Assembly: GCF_009834535.1 (NCBI RefSeq)
Contig: NC_045707.1
Span: 56,422,001 to 56,486,000 of the forward strand
Length of the DNA: 64,000 bases
Reading direction: 5' to 3'
From: Camelus ferus
Taxonomy: Eukaryota
Positions 48,928-61,775 of the stretch are shown here, in pieces; positions within the stretch are counted from its first letter, which is position 1; each line of letters starts with the position of its first letter. Below the pieces are notes generated by a model. That model was given only the letters and a program-made list of their open reading frames with translations. It ran no database searches and was not told the origin of the DNA. The position numbers and the translations under genes were made by a program.

Positions 48928-50863
48928 GTTTAAACATTTCTTTTTGTGCTATTTCCTTAGCTGTCTACCTTATGCATGGCTCATCACCGATAGCTTAGAA
49001 CCATGAGGTAGAAATTACCAAACGTGGGTAGTTGGCCTTGAGGAGAGGGTAAGCATGGCATAGACCAAATGAATGAAAGAAAAAGTGAAATACGAAGTAG
49101 CCAACTGGACTCCACAGCTGTACATCAGAGAATAATGGTATTGCCTATTTGCCTGGCCATTGTTTGTTTCTTTTAACAAAAGGGGTACAGCTTTTGAGTA
49201 ATCTAAACTCCTTGATCCATTAATCCCACATCTGCCTCTGTTCCATCTCCCACACCATGCTCTCTCCCGGGAATGCATTTCTGGTACAATTGTCAATCTT
49301 TTACCTTGGTATCAAATTTGAATTCTTTCAAATTCAGGTGTTTTTCTTTTTTCACTTCAAAGTAAGAGATGGACTCTCCTGATTATTGTCCTTTGTACTG
49401 TATGTTCTAAATTGCTTTATCTCCTTATATAAATATACATGGAGAGAGAATCATTTATATTTTTACTTAAATTGTTTGAGATCCACAATCCCTTTGTTAT
49501 TCATACTGTGCTTAGAGATAAATTACTATAAGGATTTAATTTGCTTGTTGTGGATTTGCTTGCCTCAGGCCGCTGCCAAATGTATCCAGGAACATTAGCA
49601 ATTTGCAGCAGTTTCAAACCATCATCATTTATAAGACAAAAAACAAACTGCACTATGATCACACAGAAATTAGAGCAATCAATAGACCTAGTGTTTCCCT
49701 TCACAATACATAATATGACCCAGTAGATTATAAAATAGACTGTTAGTGTACAACTGTGTACTTCTATTATTTTTTACTTTCTGTGCACATGTATGTAAGC
49801 TATGGCAAGGTGTAATGAAAACAGAACTGGATAGTGAATCCAGGCCTGGTTCTATACAAGGGCAGCCTTATAAATTTGATCAAGATACCCATCTCCTTTA
49901 CATATCAGCTCCTCTATATGCAAAAGGCGAATGATCAACCTTGCCCCAACAGGGTTGTTAAGCAGATGTGAAAATTCTTTGGAAATGCAAAATTTAAGAT
50001 GTGATAATGGTTACTGAATCCAATGAAATAACCATAGACTTGCATAGTAAAGTATGTTTTAAATGGTATTGATGTTGCATACATTTCCTGCAACTGGATG
50101 AAATCATCTTTATAAGAGGAAAAAACTGAAGCTGGCTGTGTAGTTTTCTCCTTGTCAGATGCTGCTATGTGATACGCATTGTCCCACTGGGAAAGCCTCA
50201 GAAAACTGCACGTTCATCCTAGCTTTAGCTGTATGCCTGTGCGAGATACCAGGAAAACGATCAGCCTTTCTGCAGGAACAATGCATCGAACCCATTAATG
50301 TACTGAATCTATCAGAACTAATCTCCAGACTGCGTGATTCGTAGTTGCTAAAATTTACATGATGTTGTAATAAAAATTAAAATAGGCATTTAAGTAAATT
50401 TGTTGTTTGCAGAAATTAACACTGATTTCATCAAGCTACATTCAAAATCTTCCTACAGAAGTTTTGTTCACCAATGGAAAAAAAATAAAAGAAATTTAAA
50501 ATTATGCAACCATGTGAAAACAACTGATTATCAAAGATGAGAAGTCTGGTTCTTGGCAGAATTTCAAAAGGACTTTTACAAAATGTACTTAATATTTATG
50601 AATAAATTAATTAATCCTCTCACCACTCTAGTGATGAACTCAGAGTAATAAAATATACGATCTCAATTTTCTGCATAAGGATACTAAAGTAGAAAGGTTA
50701 TTACATGCTGTAGGCCATTCAGAGAATCAATGTCTGAGCAGGAAAAAAAATAACTTTGGCATTCTGGCTTCTAAGAATGGAGTAATGTTACTTGGAGTTA
50801 GTTTTTCTATTTAGGGCTTCTAGTGGTCTGTCTTACATTTACTTCTCTGCACATGTTATTTGT

Positions 50864-51097
50864 TCTGTTTTTTCATGCACTTTATATTTTTATTATCATT
50901 AAATTTTTTTTAATTTTATTTTTTATTGAAGTTTGGTTGATTTATTATATTAGTTTCAAGTGTACAATACAGTGATTCAATATTTTTATAGATTACACTT
51001 CATTTAAAGTTATTACAAAATAAGGGCTATATTTCCCATGCTGTACAATGTATTCTTGTGCTTATCTATTTTATACACAGCAGCTTGCATCTCCTAA
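50864..51097 (-). mobile_element. 5'-truncated LINE-1 with a 16-bp TSD
   Basis: TTTATTGAAGT...GTTTCAAGTGTACAATACAGTGATTCA; perfect TSD TGCACATGTTATTTGT at 50848 and 51098. Confidence 0.9.
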
Positions 51098-53306
51098 TGC
51101 ACATGTTATTTGTATTCTCCTCAACCTACTTAATTTCCTCTTAAATAATATTTAGTAAGGAAAGCAAACCTCATCCACATGTGGCATCATGCATGTAGGT
51201 TGCTTAATATGTAGGATTTGACTGAGTTGCTGATAGCTTAAAAGAAGAGAAGAGGCAGCTACTTTAATGAAACCAAAAAAAGGAAAATGTTCAGTTCACT
51301 ACTTCTCTCTATTTGGTAGGCCACTGGAATACTGACTTCCTAAAAGGTGCCTGAGGGTCATTTGTATATTGCTTGTTTAATAGCATTCTCCTCACACGGG
51401 CTGCTATTTCATTTGGTTTTACGTGATGTCTGTGTTTCAGCGCCGTAAGTGGGAGGGAGTCCTGCTGCCTCTGTTAGATTATCACCTGGTGCGCCTGGTT
51501 TCAGAGTGGGCTGTACTCCCAAAAGGCAGGTGGGGAGTTGATCACACAGCTGCTCTACATGGATAACAATAGAGGCTGCTACATTCATTATGCCATCACA
51601 CCCAGCTTTTTCAGGGATATTACATTTTTATATGATGTTGTATGTATCTCTCAGAAAATAAGCTTCAATGAATTATGAAAAATACATCTGTTACATTTTT
51701 ATATGATACCTGGCTCTTAATTGAACATAGTTCATAGTAGTATTCCCCATCCGTACCCAGGTTATATACATATTTCTGTCATTCAAACGTTTAATTTTAT
51801 TAATTGAGCAATAATACATCAACATTAGGTGAATGTTTCTTACTGGTTTAAAGATCTAAAAACATATGTTATGAGATGGAACAGTTTCACAGGATTTGGC
51901 AAACCAGCTATTCATAACCAGATTTGTATTATTACAAGCAAGACAGAAAAAAAAAAAAGCAATACAAATAAGTGAAAGCTGGAAATGAGAGCTTCCTTGT
52001 AGATGAGATGAGGTGAGGAGAAATTTTTTTATTATGTTTCAGTACATTAGGTAAACAATCTCTCTATTAGTGTATGGTGATCTAAATCTGGGCCATCAAA
52101 AATAGCTATATAGAGAAACAGATTGATTCATATAGGAGAGAGAGAACGGAATTTCATGACCACGCTAACCAGTTCATTTAGGTCTCAAGAGATGGCAGTT
52201 TTGTAAACAAGATGTGGAAAGAATAAGGAAGTACAAGAAAAAGAAAACAAACTACCAAAAGGACTGAAATGAAACCAAAAAATAAAGCTTAGTGCAAATG
52301 GATTTAGATTTAAAAGAGAAAATGGAACATGAACAGGGAATGCTTTGGGGTATTTCAAGGTCTTTTGGGGAAAATATTGTCCATAGCTATTTGTGCCCTC
52401 TGAGTCCAAATAATACATGTGGTTCTAAACTTCATAGGTGATTTTAATCATATAAGAGAGTTAAATTCAGCATTGGGCACCTGAGCATGTCTTAAGAATC
52501 ACTAAACAGAGCTTAGTTCTTGGGCTTAGTTGAGTATGTTATTTTAATGCTTAATTAATGGTGCTGGGATAAAGAGACTGTAGTGTCACAATTTGCCCTC
52601 AAGTGGACTGGGTATCTTGTCACATGTGATCCTTTAAAACATTTTACAATCTTTTATTATATTTACTATGCAAGTTATGTTTAATGTAAAAAATTAGAAT
52701 AAGCAGCAAAGAGAAAAAGACTTAATCTTCATTGTGAGATATGTAATGTTAATATTTTGTATATCTCCCCAAATTTCATCTTTCATATATATACATATTT
52801 ACACACACCAGATAATATTTTACATGACTTAATAACAATTTTTTCATTTTTCTTAAATATATTTCCATATCTGAATATATTTCTATTTAAAATTTTTATC
52901 TTAAGTAGGTATTTAACCTCTCTCCAGACTGATTTTGTCAATCTCATTCATTTTTCCTGCAAAATTTTACTTAGCACCTATTATGTTTCAGGTAATGAAA
53001 AGCACAAAGTCTCTGTTCTCATAAAGCTTACATTGTAGAAGAGAATAAATAAGGAAAAACCACCTCCAACAAAAGGATAATATCAACTCAGAGAGTTGTA
53101 ATTGCTAAGAAGACAATAAAAGGAGATCATGTGGTGGAGAGTCACTAGTGGGAGAGGAGGGTTGTAAGGTGTCGATCTCTGGTGATTGCGGGAATCATGG
53201 GTGTAAAAGGTTTTGTATGATGCCTGATATAATGTGAGTACTCAATAAATAGAAAAAAAATGGCAATCATGATAGTGACAGAGTAACGCATTATGAGAGT
53301 GCCTCT

Positions 53307-53656
53307 TGTTAAAAGATAAACCGAAGCATGCTAAAAATTTTAAGTTTATTTGAGCAAAAATTGATTTGAAGGGGGCAGTGCCAAACCAGAGGTGGTTTGA
53401 AACACTCCACCCACAGGAGCCAGTGGAAGGACTTTTATAGAGAAGGGGAAAAAAGCTAGAAAATTATTTGCTGGGTTACAGTTTAGGGCGTTGTATTGTT
53501 TGGGAAAGTCTAGTTTGCTATTTGTGATTGGTTGTCCTCAGGTTTCAATCTCTTAACTTTGAGGCATTTCAGGCTTAGATTTTGGTTTGCTTATAGAGGC
53601 TACTAAGACATCAAGCCATATTAGTCTGATGGCCTCTTTGCTTAATTAACTTAACA
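53307..53656 (-). mobile_element. ERV1-type solo LTR
   Basis: TGTTAA...TTAACA inverted termini; on the minus strand CCAAT, TATAAAA and AATAAA occur in promoter order; TSD not preserved. Confidence 0.7.
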
Positions 53657-54002
53657 TTATATTGGAATATTATACAGTTGCTGTATTTATCCTCTGGCCT
53701 CCTGCTGTCCCTGCCCCCAGTTAGCCATCTTCAAATGATGCTTTCCCATTCCTGATAAACTCTTATTTTTAAGTATTATCAGTTTTAGTATCTTTTACTT
53801 ACAATTTTAAATTTCTGGAGGGTCAAAAATAATCTTCAAAGTTAAAAAAAAATTAAGGCAACGTTAAATACACCACTCATTGTAAAGTGTATTAAAAAAA
53901 AAGGGCTTGCCTGTTATAAACAGTAAAATTAGTCATCATAGCCACCCATAGATTTAAAAACTTTATTTAAATTAAAAAAATTTTTTTTTCAAATGAAGTA
54001 GG

Positions 54003-54520
54003 TGTGGAGCCAGCTGGCACTCTCTGAAGCCACTCTAAAGTTCATAAAACCCCCACTCCTGGGCTCTCCAAGTACCTGGAGCTGATTGACACCTTAACCC
54101 CTCTCCCCACTGCAGGACCCTTTGCATACCTGCATTTCTGCAAGATAAAAACATCTTCTCTTGATGTGTGTTTACTCTAACAAAATTAACCACCCCAGGG
54201 AATAGCCTGGCTAGCATGTCTCTAGGCACATCCTGCCCTTATCAGAGTCTTAAACCTATTCCCCTGACAGATCTTACAACCAGTCAGATACCTGTGCATG
54301 AATTGATCATGCAACCCCCACCCACTGTGTTCACAACCCCTTCCCTCAATAAAAGACCCTACATGTTCACATGGTCACACAATCACCTCTTGTCTGTGTG
54401 GCCTGCTGTTGCCTGTAGTGGCGTACATATTAAACTTTCCCTTTGTTCTTTAACCCCTCATGGTCTTTGGTAAATTCTGTTAATGCCGGTGTACCAACCA
54501 GCGCCTTGTGTCTCCCAACA
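54003..54520 (+). mobile_element. ERVL-type solo LTR (LTR47/MER73-like)
   Basis: TGT...ACA ends; 5-bp near-TSD GTAGG/GTAGC; ATTAAAC...GGTAAATTCT 3' region. Confidence 0.75.
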
Positions 54521-56589
54521 GTAGCCACATAATTGAATTAAGCAATTCTCAGAGGTTTCTAGGGAAAAAAACACGTCCTATATCACTTCTTGTCACCCTC
54601 CAATTTTACTCCCCAGAGTCAGACACTTAGCCTGTTTTTATTTCTCTAGGAATTCATCTTTTCGGTTCCTCCAAACATTCTCATATTGCTCTTAATCAGT
54701 TTTGCAAATTTATCAACACTCTCTGGTTGCAGATCAGAGGGTTAAAGATCAACTCCCTGCTAGGTAACTCTTCTCTATACACTGATTCTTTTCTCACCTT
54801 CTTCTTAATATGGTTATGTCATAGTTTTGGTTACATCATTCATTACTGTTCACATTTAAAAACAAAGTAAGGACCTTTTCACTGCAGAGTCAAGAAGTAG
54901 TTACATACCCTTTCTCATGCAATTTTTTGATTTTCTTAGAATTAACACTTTTCTTATTTGCCTGATTTTCTATGTCGTTATCCTTAAGTTTTATCTCTGT
55001 ACTTTACTGGAGCCTTTCAAAACACATCGATAGTGTTTTCCAAAATATCAACACATCAAATCACTATCAGCTTATTGTTTTCATGGAGGCTAAATGCACA
55101 GCTGCCTTTTGGGACCTCTTTGCCCTCATCATGGGAATTCTGTTTTCCTCTTTTGTTAGTTTCTCTCTTTCCTAGGGGGCACACCCTCTACTAAGTTCCT
55201 AGGAAAGGGTTAGGATGGAGAAATTCATTTTCAGTCTTTTACACTTGATTGATATTTACATGCATCTGTATTTCCAGATTAAAAATTATTTTCCCTCAGA
55301 ATGCTGAAAGCATTACCACAAATATTTTTCTACTGTCATTAAAGTCCAGTGAAAAAAATCATTTTTATGCCTTCTTGAGTCACCCATTTTAACTTTTAAA
55401 GCATTTTTAGAATCCTTGTTCCATCCCTGATATTCTAATATGTTATAATGATGTATTTTGGCATAGATTATTTGTATTTTATGAGTCCATTTAATTAGGT
55501 AATTTGGCTACTTCAGTTCTGGATAAATTTATTAGTTAGTATTTGGGTTATTTGATAAGCTACTTTTTAAGGATTTTTCCTATTCCCCATTTCTGGTGTT
55601 TCTTTTATCTGATGTTCAACCACTATGATCCTTTAATTTTTTCATCCTTTCTTCTTCTATTTTCCTTCACTTTGCTTTCTGGGAAATATTCTTAGCATGA
55701 TTTTTGAGTTGTTATTTTGATTTTTTGAAATCTCAGATACACACATATACAACTATATATGTATAATTGGAGGTTTTCCCTGTACTTTGTTTCTTCATCA
55801 TACCATCCTGTTCTTTCTTTAAGGATGTATTATTTTCTGTTATCTCTCTGAGGATGTTAGGTTTTGTTTGATAAATCATTTTCTGTTTTTTGTACTGTCT
55901 CCACTCTTTCATATTTTTTCCTTACGTTTATTTTGGACCTTTTCTTTCAGACCACTGCTATTGAGACCCACATAGTAATGTCAGTTTTTTAAGGAGGAAC
56001 ACCTGTTTTGAGCAATTTGTCATCCCCTTTTGTTACATATTCAGTAGGTTAACTCTGTGGCAGAGACTTTTCTCCAGAAACCAGAAGCCCCACATATCCC
56101 AGGCTCACTGATGCTTACTTTCTATCTTGAACCCAGAGACCAGCCCTTAGTACTGAAGGCAAGCCATTCTGTCAAAGGGTTGCTAGACTTATAGAAGCAC
56201 TGCAATCAGACACCTATCTGTCCACTGGAAAGTAAAAGGATCAATGGAGAGATAACAGAAACTTGCTTTCCATTTCAGGAACATGCTGGGATGCATTAAT
56301 TCTTTTTTTTTTTTTTTTTGTCAAAGACAAACCTAATCTCTTACCATCCAGGAAAGAGGGAAACCATTTTGGTTATCTAGGCACTTCCAGAAAGGCCTTT
56401 CCAAAGGCCATGCAATTGATCAGTGAAGGCATAATTTCCTACCTGTGCCCCAATAGAGTCAATTAGGACCTGTCCTTGACTGCATAGTCAGTACATTGTA
56501 GAAAAAGAATCAGACCAGTTTTACTTAAGGAACCACAGGTAGTTTAGTGTAGTCTAGCATGAGACTATTTGGATATTAAGCCACTGATC

Positions 56590-56745
56590 AATAACTGTGA
56601 TAACTTTAAAAAACATCAGTTTTCCCATCTATAAAATGAGGATAATAATACCAGTTTATAGGATTGTCATGAGGGTTAAATAAGAACCTACTCAGAGTCT
56701 CTGACAGAGTGCCTGGTCCATCACAAAAGTACAATTACTCAGTCT
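56590..56745 (+). mobile_element. MIR SINE
   Basis: CAGTTTTCCCATCTATAAAATGAGGATAATAATAC...ATAGGATTGTCATGAGGGTTAAATAAGA. Confidence 0.75.
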
Positions 56746-58037
56746 TATTATACATACTAGAGCCTAGGAATGGAGGAGAGGAGTGATTCTAAGTTAAGCA
56801 GAGAATCTGTCATTTAACTTGTACTTCAGTTCGGTCCCAGAGGACTCAAGCTATCAAAAGGTGGCTCTAGGTCAAGGAAGCAGTGCTTGGAGGTTAGGAA
56901 GCAATAGAAGACTGGCCGAGTGTTTTCCTCAGTGATTAGCAATGCTTTGGATGAGACAGGATTTAGCGTTATGAGTTTTCTAGACATAGGCACTGAGAGC
57001 CACTGTGGAGGCAGCAGCAGGCAGCAGCAGTAGAGATTTCTTCACTCTTGACAGTGACAGGAGATGTCACCACAATGTGTCAGAACCGAAAGGGAGAAAA
57101 ATCTAAAATGCTTCAGGCTTGCTAAGAGGACTAGTCCATGGAGCATAGAAGAGCTATCCCGTAGGGATTCCAAGCTCTATATGAGAGGCATGTTACTGCT
57201 AGTGGCAGTGGTGGTGACGGTGGGGGAGTTATTATAATCTAGAAGGACAGGTTTGCGTGCAGGCAGGAAAACACTGTGGTTCTTTGTGATCCTGTTTTTT
57301 TGTTTCATTTTGATTTTTGTTTCTTTCACTCCCACGATAAGGTGATTTGGTTTATGAGGATTATAATTAAAGTAGATTGTTGCTGCTACTTGAAGTCAGT
57401 TTGGAGGAACTCAGCTAAATTTCTTTCTTTCTCTCAAGTATTCCACAATCTCTGTAAGGCATTTCTGAAGTCGTCCTCGTCTCTGGTGTGAATTGCCTCA
57501 TTTTCAAAGACCTCAGATCCCCATGTCTTCATGCATTATTTCCACAGACCTTTGGAATTTGTTATGAGGTCAATACGGAGATTTGAAAGTCAAATATTAT
57601 GTATGTTTAACCCAGGATTTGAAGAATATTTTTCATTTTGGTATTTAACAAGGTCATGGGTTACACTGGCTTTTGAAGGCCTACCCACTCAAAGGAGAAA
57701 CCTTATAATTTAGTTGGCCTTTCCTTGCATAATTTGTTTTAAAGCACTGTTAAGGTTTGAAGCCTCTTGGAGTGGATTTCTTTGCCTCATATGCTTGATA
57801 ATGATTTGGCAGTAATTCCATGGTATAAAGATGCAGGAAGGTGTAACTTGTGCTGTTTTGTCTAAGGGGTCCAGGACCTTGGTTTCTGGCCCAGTGGTTT
57901 GATATGCTAAGCTTGAACTTATATCCCTCCTCTAATATTGCTCAACTTGTACATTCCTACTGTCCAAGAAATGGTTACATGTTCAGCAACTATTTTCTTT
58001 TCTTCTTCACTAAAATAAAAAATAACTATTTCACAGA

Positions 58038-58197
58038 AGGGGAGGGTGTATAGCTCAGTGGTAGAGTGCGTGCTTAATATGCATGAGGACCTGGGTTCAA
58101 TTCCCCCTACATCCATTAAAAAAAACAAAACCAAAATTAATTACCTCCTCCCCCCACCCAATTTTTTTTTAAAAGCCAAAGGGAAAAAAAAAAAAAA
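58038..58197 (+). mobile_element. tRNA-derived SINE, camelid Vic-1-like
   Basis: GGGGAGGGTGTATAGCTCAGTGGTAGAG (A box), GGGTTCAATTCCC (B box), TAATTACCTCC, poly(A); TSD AACTATTTCACA at 58024 and 58196. Confidence 0.92.
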
Positions 58198-58595
58198 CTA
58201 TTTCACAAGAGAATTTTGATAATATAATGATGGCAGAAAAATGTAAGAATCATGTTAAATTTTCACTTTTATATTTTCTTCCTAACCAATTATTACCACT
58301 TACTACCAATTTGTTGTCTATTACTACCAATTCTAATTTTGCAATAGAGTTCAGTTTTTTCCTGCTACCATAATCTTTGCTGTATTCAGATTCTTTTGCT
58401 TTATTGCAGCAAAGTCCTCAGGTGTCTCCTTGCTCCCAGTGTCTCCCTTTTTCAGTCTCTACCACATAGTCGTCAAGTAGCATTCCTACTAAAGCTAATC
58501 AACATTTAACATTTATAGTGTCATACAGAACAGAGTCCAAATACTTTAGTGTGTCATTTAAAACCCTTAGCAAGTGGAACTCAATGGGACTTCTT

Positions 58596-58695
58596 GTGTT
58601 TGTTTGTTTTCCACCTTAACGGAGACACTGGGGATTGAACCCAGGACCTCATGCATTCCAAGCATGTGCTCTACCACTGAGCTATACCCACCCCT
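58596..58695 (-). mobile_element. tRNA-derived SINE, camelid Vic-1-like
   Basis: CTGGGGATTGAACCCAGGACCTCATGCATTCCAAGCATGTGCTCTACCACTGAGCTATACCC. Confidence 0.9.
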
Positions 58696-61274
58696 GCCAG
58701 ATTAGACTTTTAAATATAGTTTCTCACATTCATCTTTCCTTTTTTTCTCCCTCACTTGCTAATAACTTTTCAGATTACCACCGAAACATATTGAAAATAA
58801 TTTACTCTCTTGGACTACAGGATCTTTGATATATGTGTTAATAATCTATGTATCTTTCAAGGATGAGCTCAGATGATCTGCCTTGTGAGAATTAATCTCT
58901 CCTGCAGCTATGCTGTATCTCCAATGCCACAGGATGCCATGTTTTAGATGTTATGGGTTAGAGTTGTGTAGGCTGGTTCTCCTATCTGTTTCACTGGAAA
59001 GTGAATCCCTTGAGGGCAGGGACAATATTTTTTGTATCTCATATAGCCCACCACGTCTAGCAGAATAGTTTAAAAAATCTCACAGTAAATGCTTATTGAG
59101 TTAAATTAATTGTATTGATTTGAGTTACTTTTCCATCTTAGGTTTCCCAAAAGGCATGCTAATATTTTTAAGTTTGTAAGAAATGCAATCTACAAAGGCA
59201 TTTCTCATCACCCTTGCTTCATTCACTCTCTAAAGATGAAGTTCTGCAAAGCAAGCTACAATTCTAAAGTCATGGAACGACCACTGAACAGGATTAATTC
59301 AGAAATTTTACAATCCAAAATTTGAAATAGCATAGACTTAATTATGCAACAAAAATGTGTTGAGAACTTCGTGTGTATAAAGAATGCCTTGAATCTGTGA
59401 GAATCTGTAAATTTGTTATCACACCTTGGATAGGGAAAAAGAAAATAGGATGGGAAAGAGGTTGCTTCTCTTATCCTATAAAAATCTAATGGTTTCTAGT
59501 TCCCTCTGCATAAAATGGCCAGAAATCATGTAGGGTGAAAAAATTCAAAATAATAATATGAGGTTCTAAGGTCAAGGCATATGTTTCTTATCAGGAAATC
59601 TCATTTGAACTCAAATGGCTTTAAAAATTCTGGTTCTAAAAGTAATGCGTGCTCATTCCCAAGATTTTGGAAAACAAAGAAAAAGTATAAAAGTGACAAT
59701 ACAAAACACTCATTAGCCCATTGCTCAGAAATATCTGCAGCTAACATTTTGAATTTCTTTGCTGCGGATATGTGTTAACCTATTTGGGATCACAGAGTAT
59801 CTGAATTCTGATATTTTTGAAATAAATTAAATTTCCCCAAAAGGAATTTTCTATGTCTTCAAAGATTTTTCAAAATTAAATAATTAACTTGATTTATTCC
59901 ACACACATGGATTAAACATCTATTATATGCCAGGTGTTGTATATTTGATGCTGAAGATTCACTGGTGAAGAGGACCTGAGGTCACTGCTTTCACAGGTCT
60001 ACTCATCTGGTGGAAGAGATGGGAATTATCTGGCAATTAACTGAGGAATCTTTAGATCTTTAGTCACAGGACCTCCTTAATAGCTCTTTTTGAGAGGAGA
60101 CCTCAGGGGCTTATAAAAATACAGCTGCCACCATTAATTCACTAGTAGTCTCTCAAGTTCTTCTCCTTTTATTCACACCAAGCCTCTCACAGTTTTCCGA
60201 CAGTAGACTCTTGGATCATAGACTGTCGGAAATTTACAGACTGGTATCTGGAGGCCATTTTACAGTTCTCTCCTACAGCTCTTTCTGGGGTGTTTTATTT
60301 GAGTTGCTGAGGGGGCTGTGCCACAGGAATTACCCCTTTTGTTCCCTCAAATAGTGTCTTCTATTTAAGTGCTGAGAAAGAGAGAGAGAGAGATCTCCCG
60401 CTACTTTACCGTCGCTTATCATCCAGTTTAAAGCACTTTACTCTACCTGGCATGTAGTTGAGCTCCCATAGATGTGACTTCTTCAAATGCAAGTGTTACT
60501 GCATTACTGTGGTATGTGCCAATAATAGACATAGTTGCATTTGACTTTCTCTGTAATATTCAAGCACAATCTTTTTAACTCACTGAATACATGTAGGGCT
60601 ATAGGCTAGTCACAATGCTGCTTCTCTTATTTTTAATTTTTTGAGGATTCTGATTACATTTTTGCCATGTGTACCTCTACCTACGTGCTTTGAATTGGCA
60701 TGTAAGAACCTATGTGCTTTGAATTAGTATTTGTTTTAGGCCTAAGGAATGTAAACTTAAAAACGAAATCAAATCAAATCTCAAAAAACTCAAAATCAAA
60801 TATATACCCCATATAGAAAATTAAAATGTCCAAAATAGTCCCTAGTTCTCTATATTTAACTGAATGGAAAAAAAAACAAACAAACAAACAAAAAACCTCA
60901 CCCATTCTTTCACTACTGAAATCACTTTCCATCCTCAGTCTAATTTTCTGACATACTTTGCCATGATTTCTCAAAAAAAGGGATCCAAAGAGAAGGGAGT
61001 ACGACTTCTTAAGCTGTCTGGCTTTGGCTCTCCTGTTTGTTCTTAAATGTGTAACAATCCAACAAGGGCCTTCATAAAAGTTTCAAGTTTTTCCTTCCGT
61101 GGCCTTGACCATGTAGGCATTTTGAAAACCAGGCATTCTGAAGACCAGGTGAAGAATCTGGTCTTTACCGTATTCCTTTCCTGGGGCACTTACTTTTTCA
61201 TTCCAGACTGATATCAGCCCCCTGGGCTGCTTTAGCATTATAGGAGGTTTCTCACTTTCAGTACTTTCTCATGG

Positions 61275-61775
61275 TATATAGTTTCCTATTGCTGCTACAA
61301 AAAATTACCACCATTTAGTGGCTTAAACAACACAGATTTATTATCTTACAGTTCTGCAGGATAGACGTTCCATGCTGATCTCACTGGGTGAAAATCAAAG
61401 TGTCTACAGAGTTATGTTCCTTTCCAGAGGTTCTAGGGTAAATCTGTTTCCTGGTCCTTTCCAGCTTCTAAAAGCTGCCCCAAATTTTTGGATTGAGGCC
61501 TTTTCCTCCATCTTTGAATCTCTTCATACCTTTTTTCTGTAGTTACTTCTGACTGACTCTCCTTTTTTGCCTTCCTCTTCTACTTTCAAGGTCCCTTGTG
61601 ATTACATTGGGCCCACTTGGGTAATCCAGGATAATCTCCCTATTTTAAGGTCAGTGTATTAGCAATCTTAATTCATTTCCAACCTTAATTCCTCTTTGCC
61701 ATGTGACCTAATAGAGTCACAGGTTCTGGGATTGGGACATGGATGTCTTTGGGGAGTCATTATTCTGTTACCATA
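61275..61775 (-). mobile_element. MaLR LTR (MLT1D-like)
   Basis: TAGTTTCCTATTGCTGCT...TAGTGGCTTAAACAACAC...GTGATTACATTGGGCCCAC...ATCCAGGATAATCTCCCTATTTTAAGGTCAG. Confidence 0.88.

Noticed and set aside
51437..51453. REST/NRSE site
   Set aside because: Only the left half resembles the motif (TTCAGCGCC); the GGACAG half is absent
2212..54520. LTR orientation bias implying a host gene strand
   Set aside because: About 7 plus versus 4 minus ERV LTRs, with L1s on both strands, is too weak to infer anything
58038..58115. tRNA gene
   Set aside because: A and B boxes are present, but the SINE tail, poly(A), TSD and two more copies in the window identify it as a SINE
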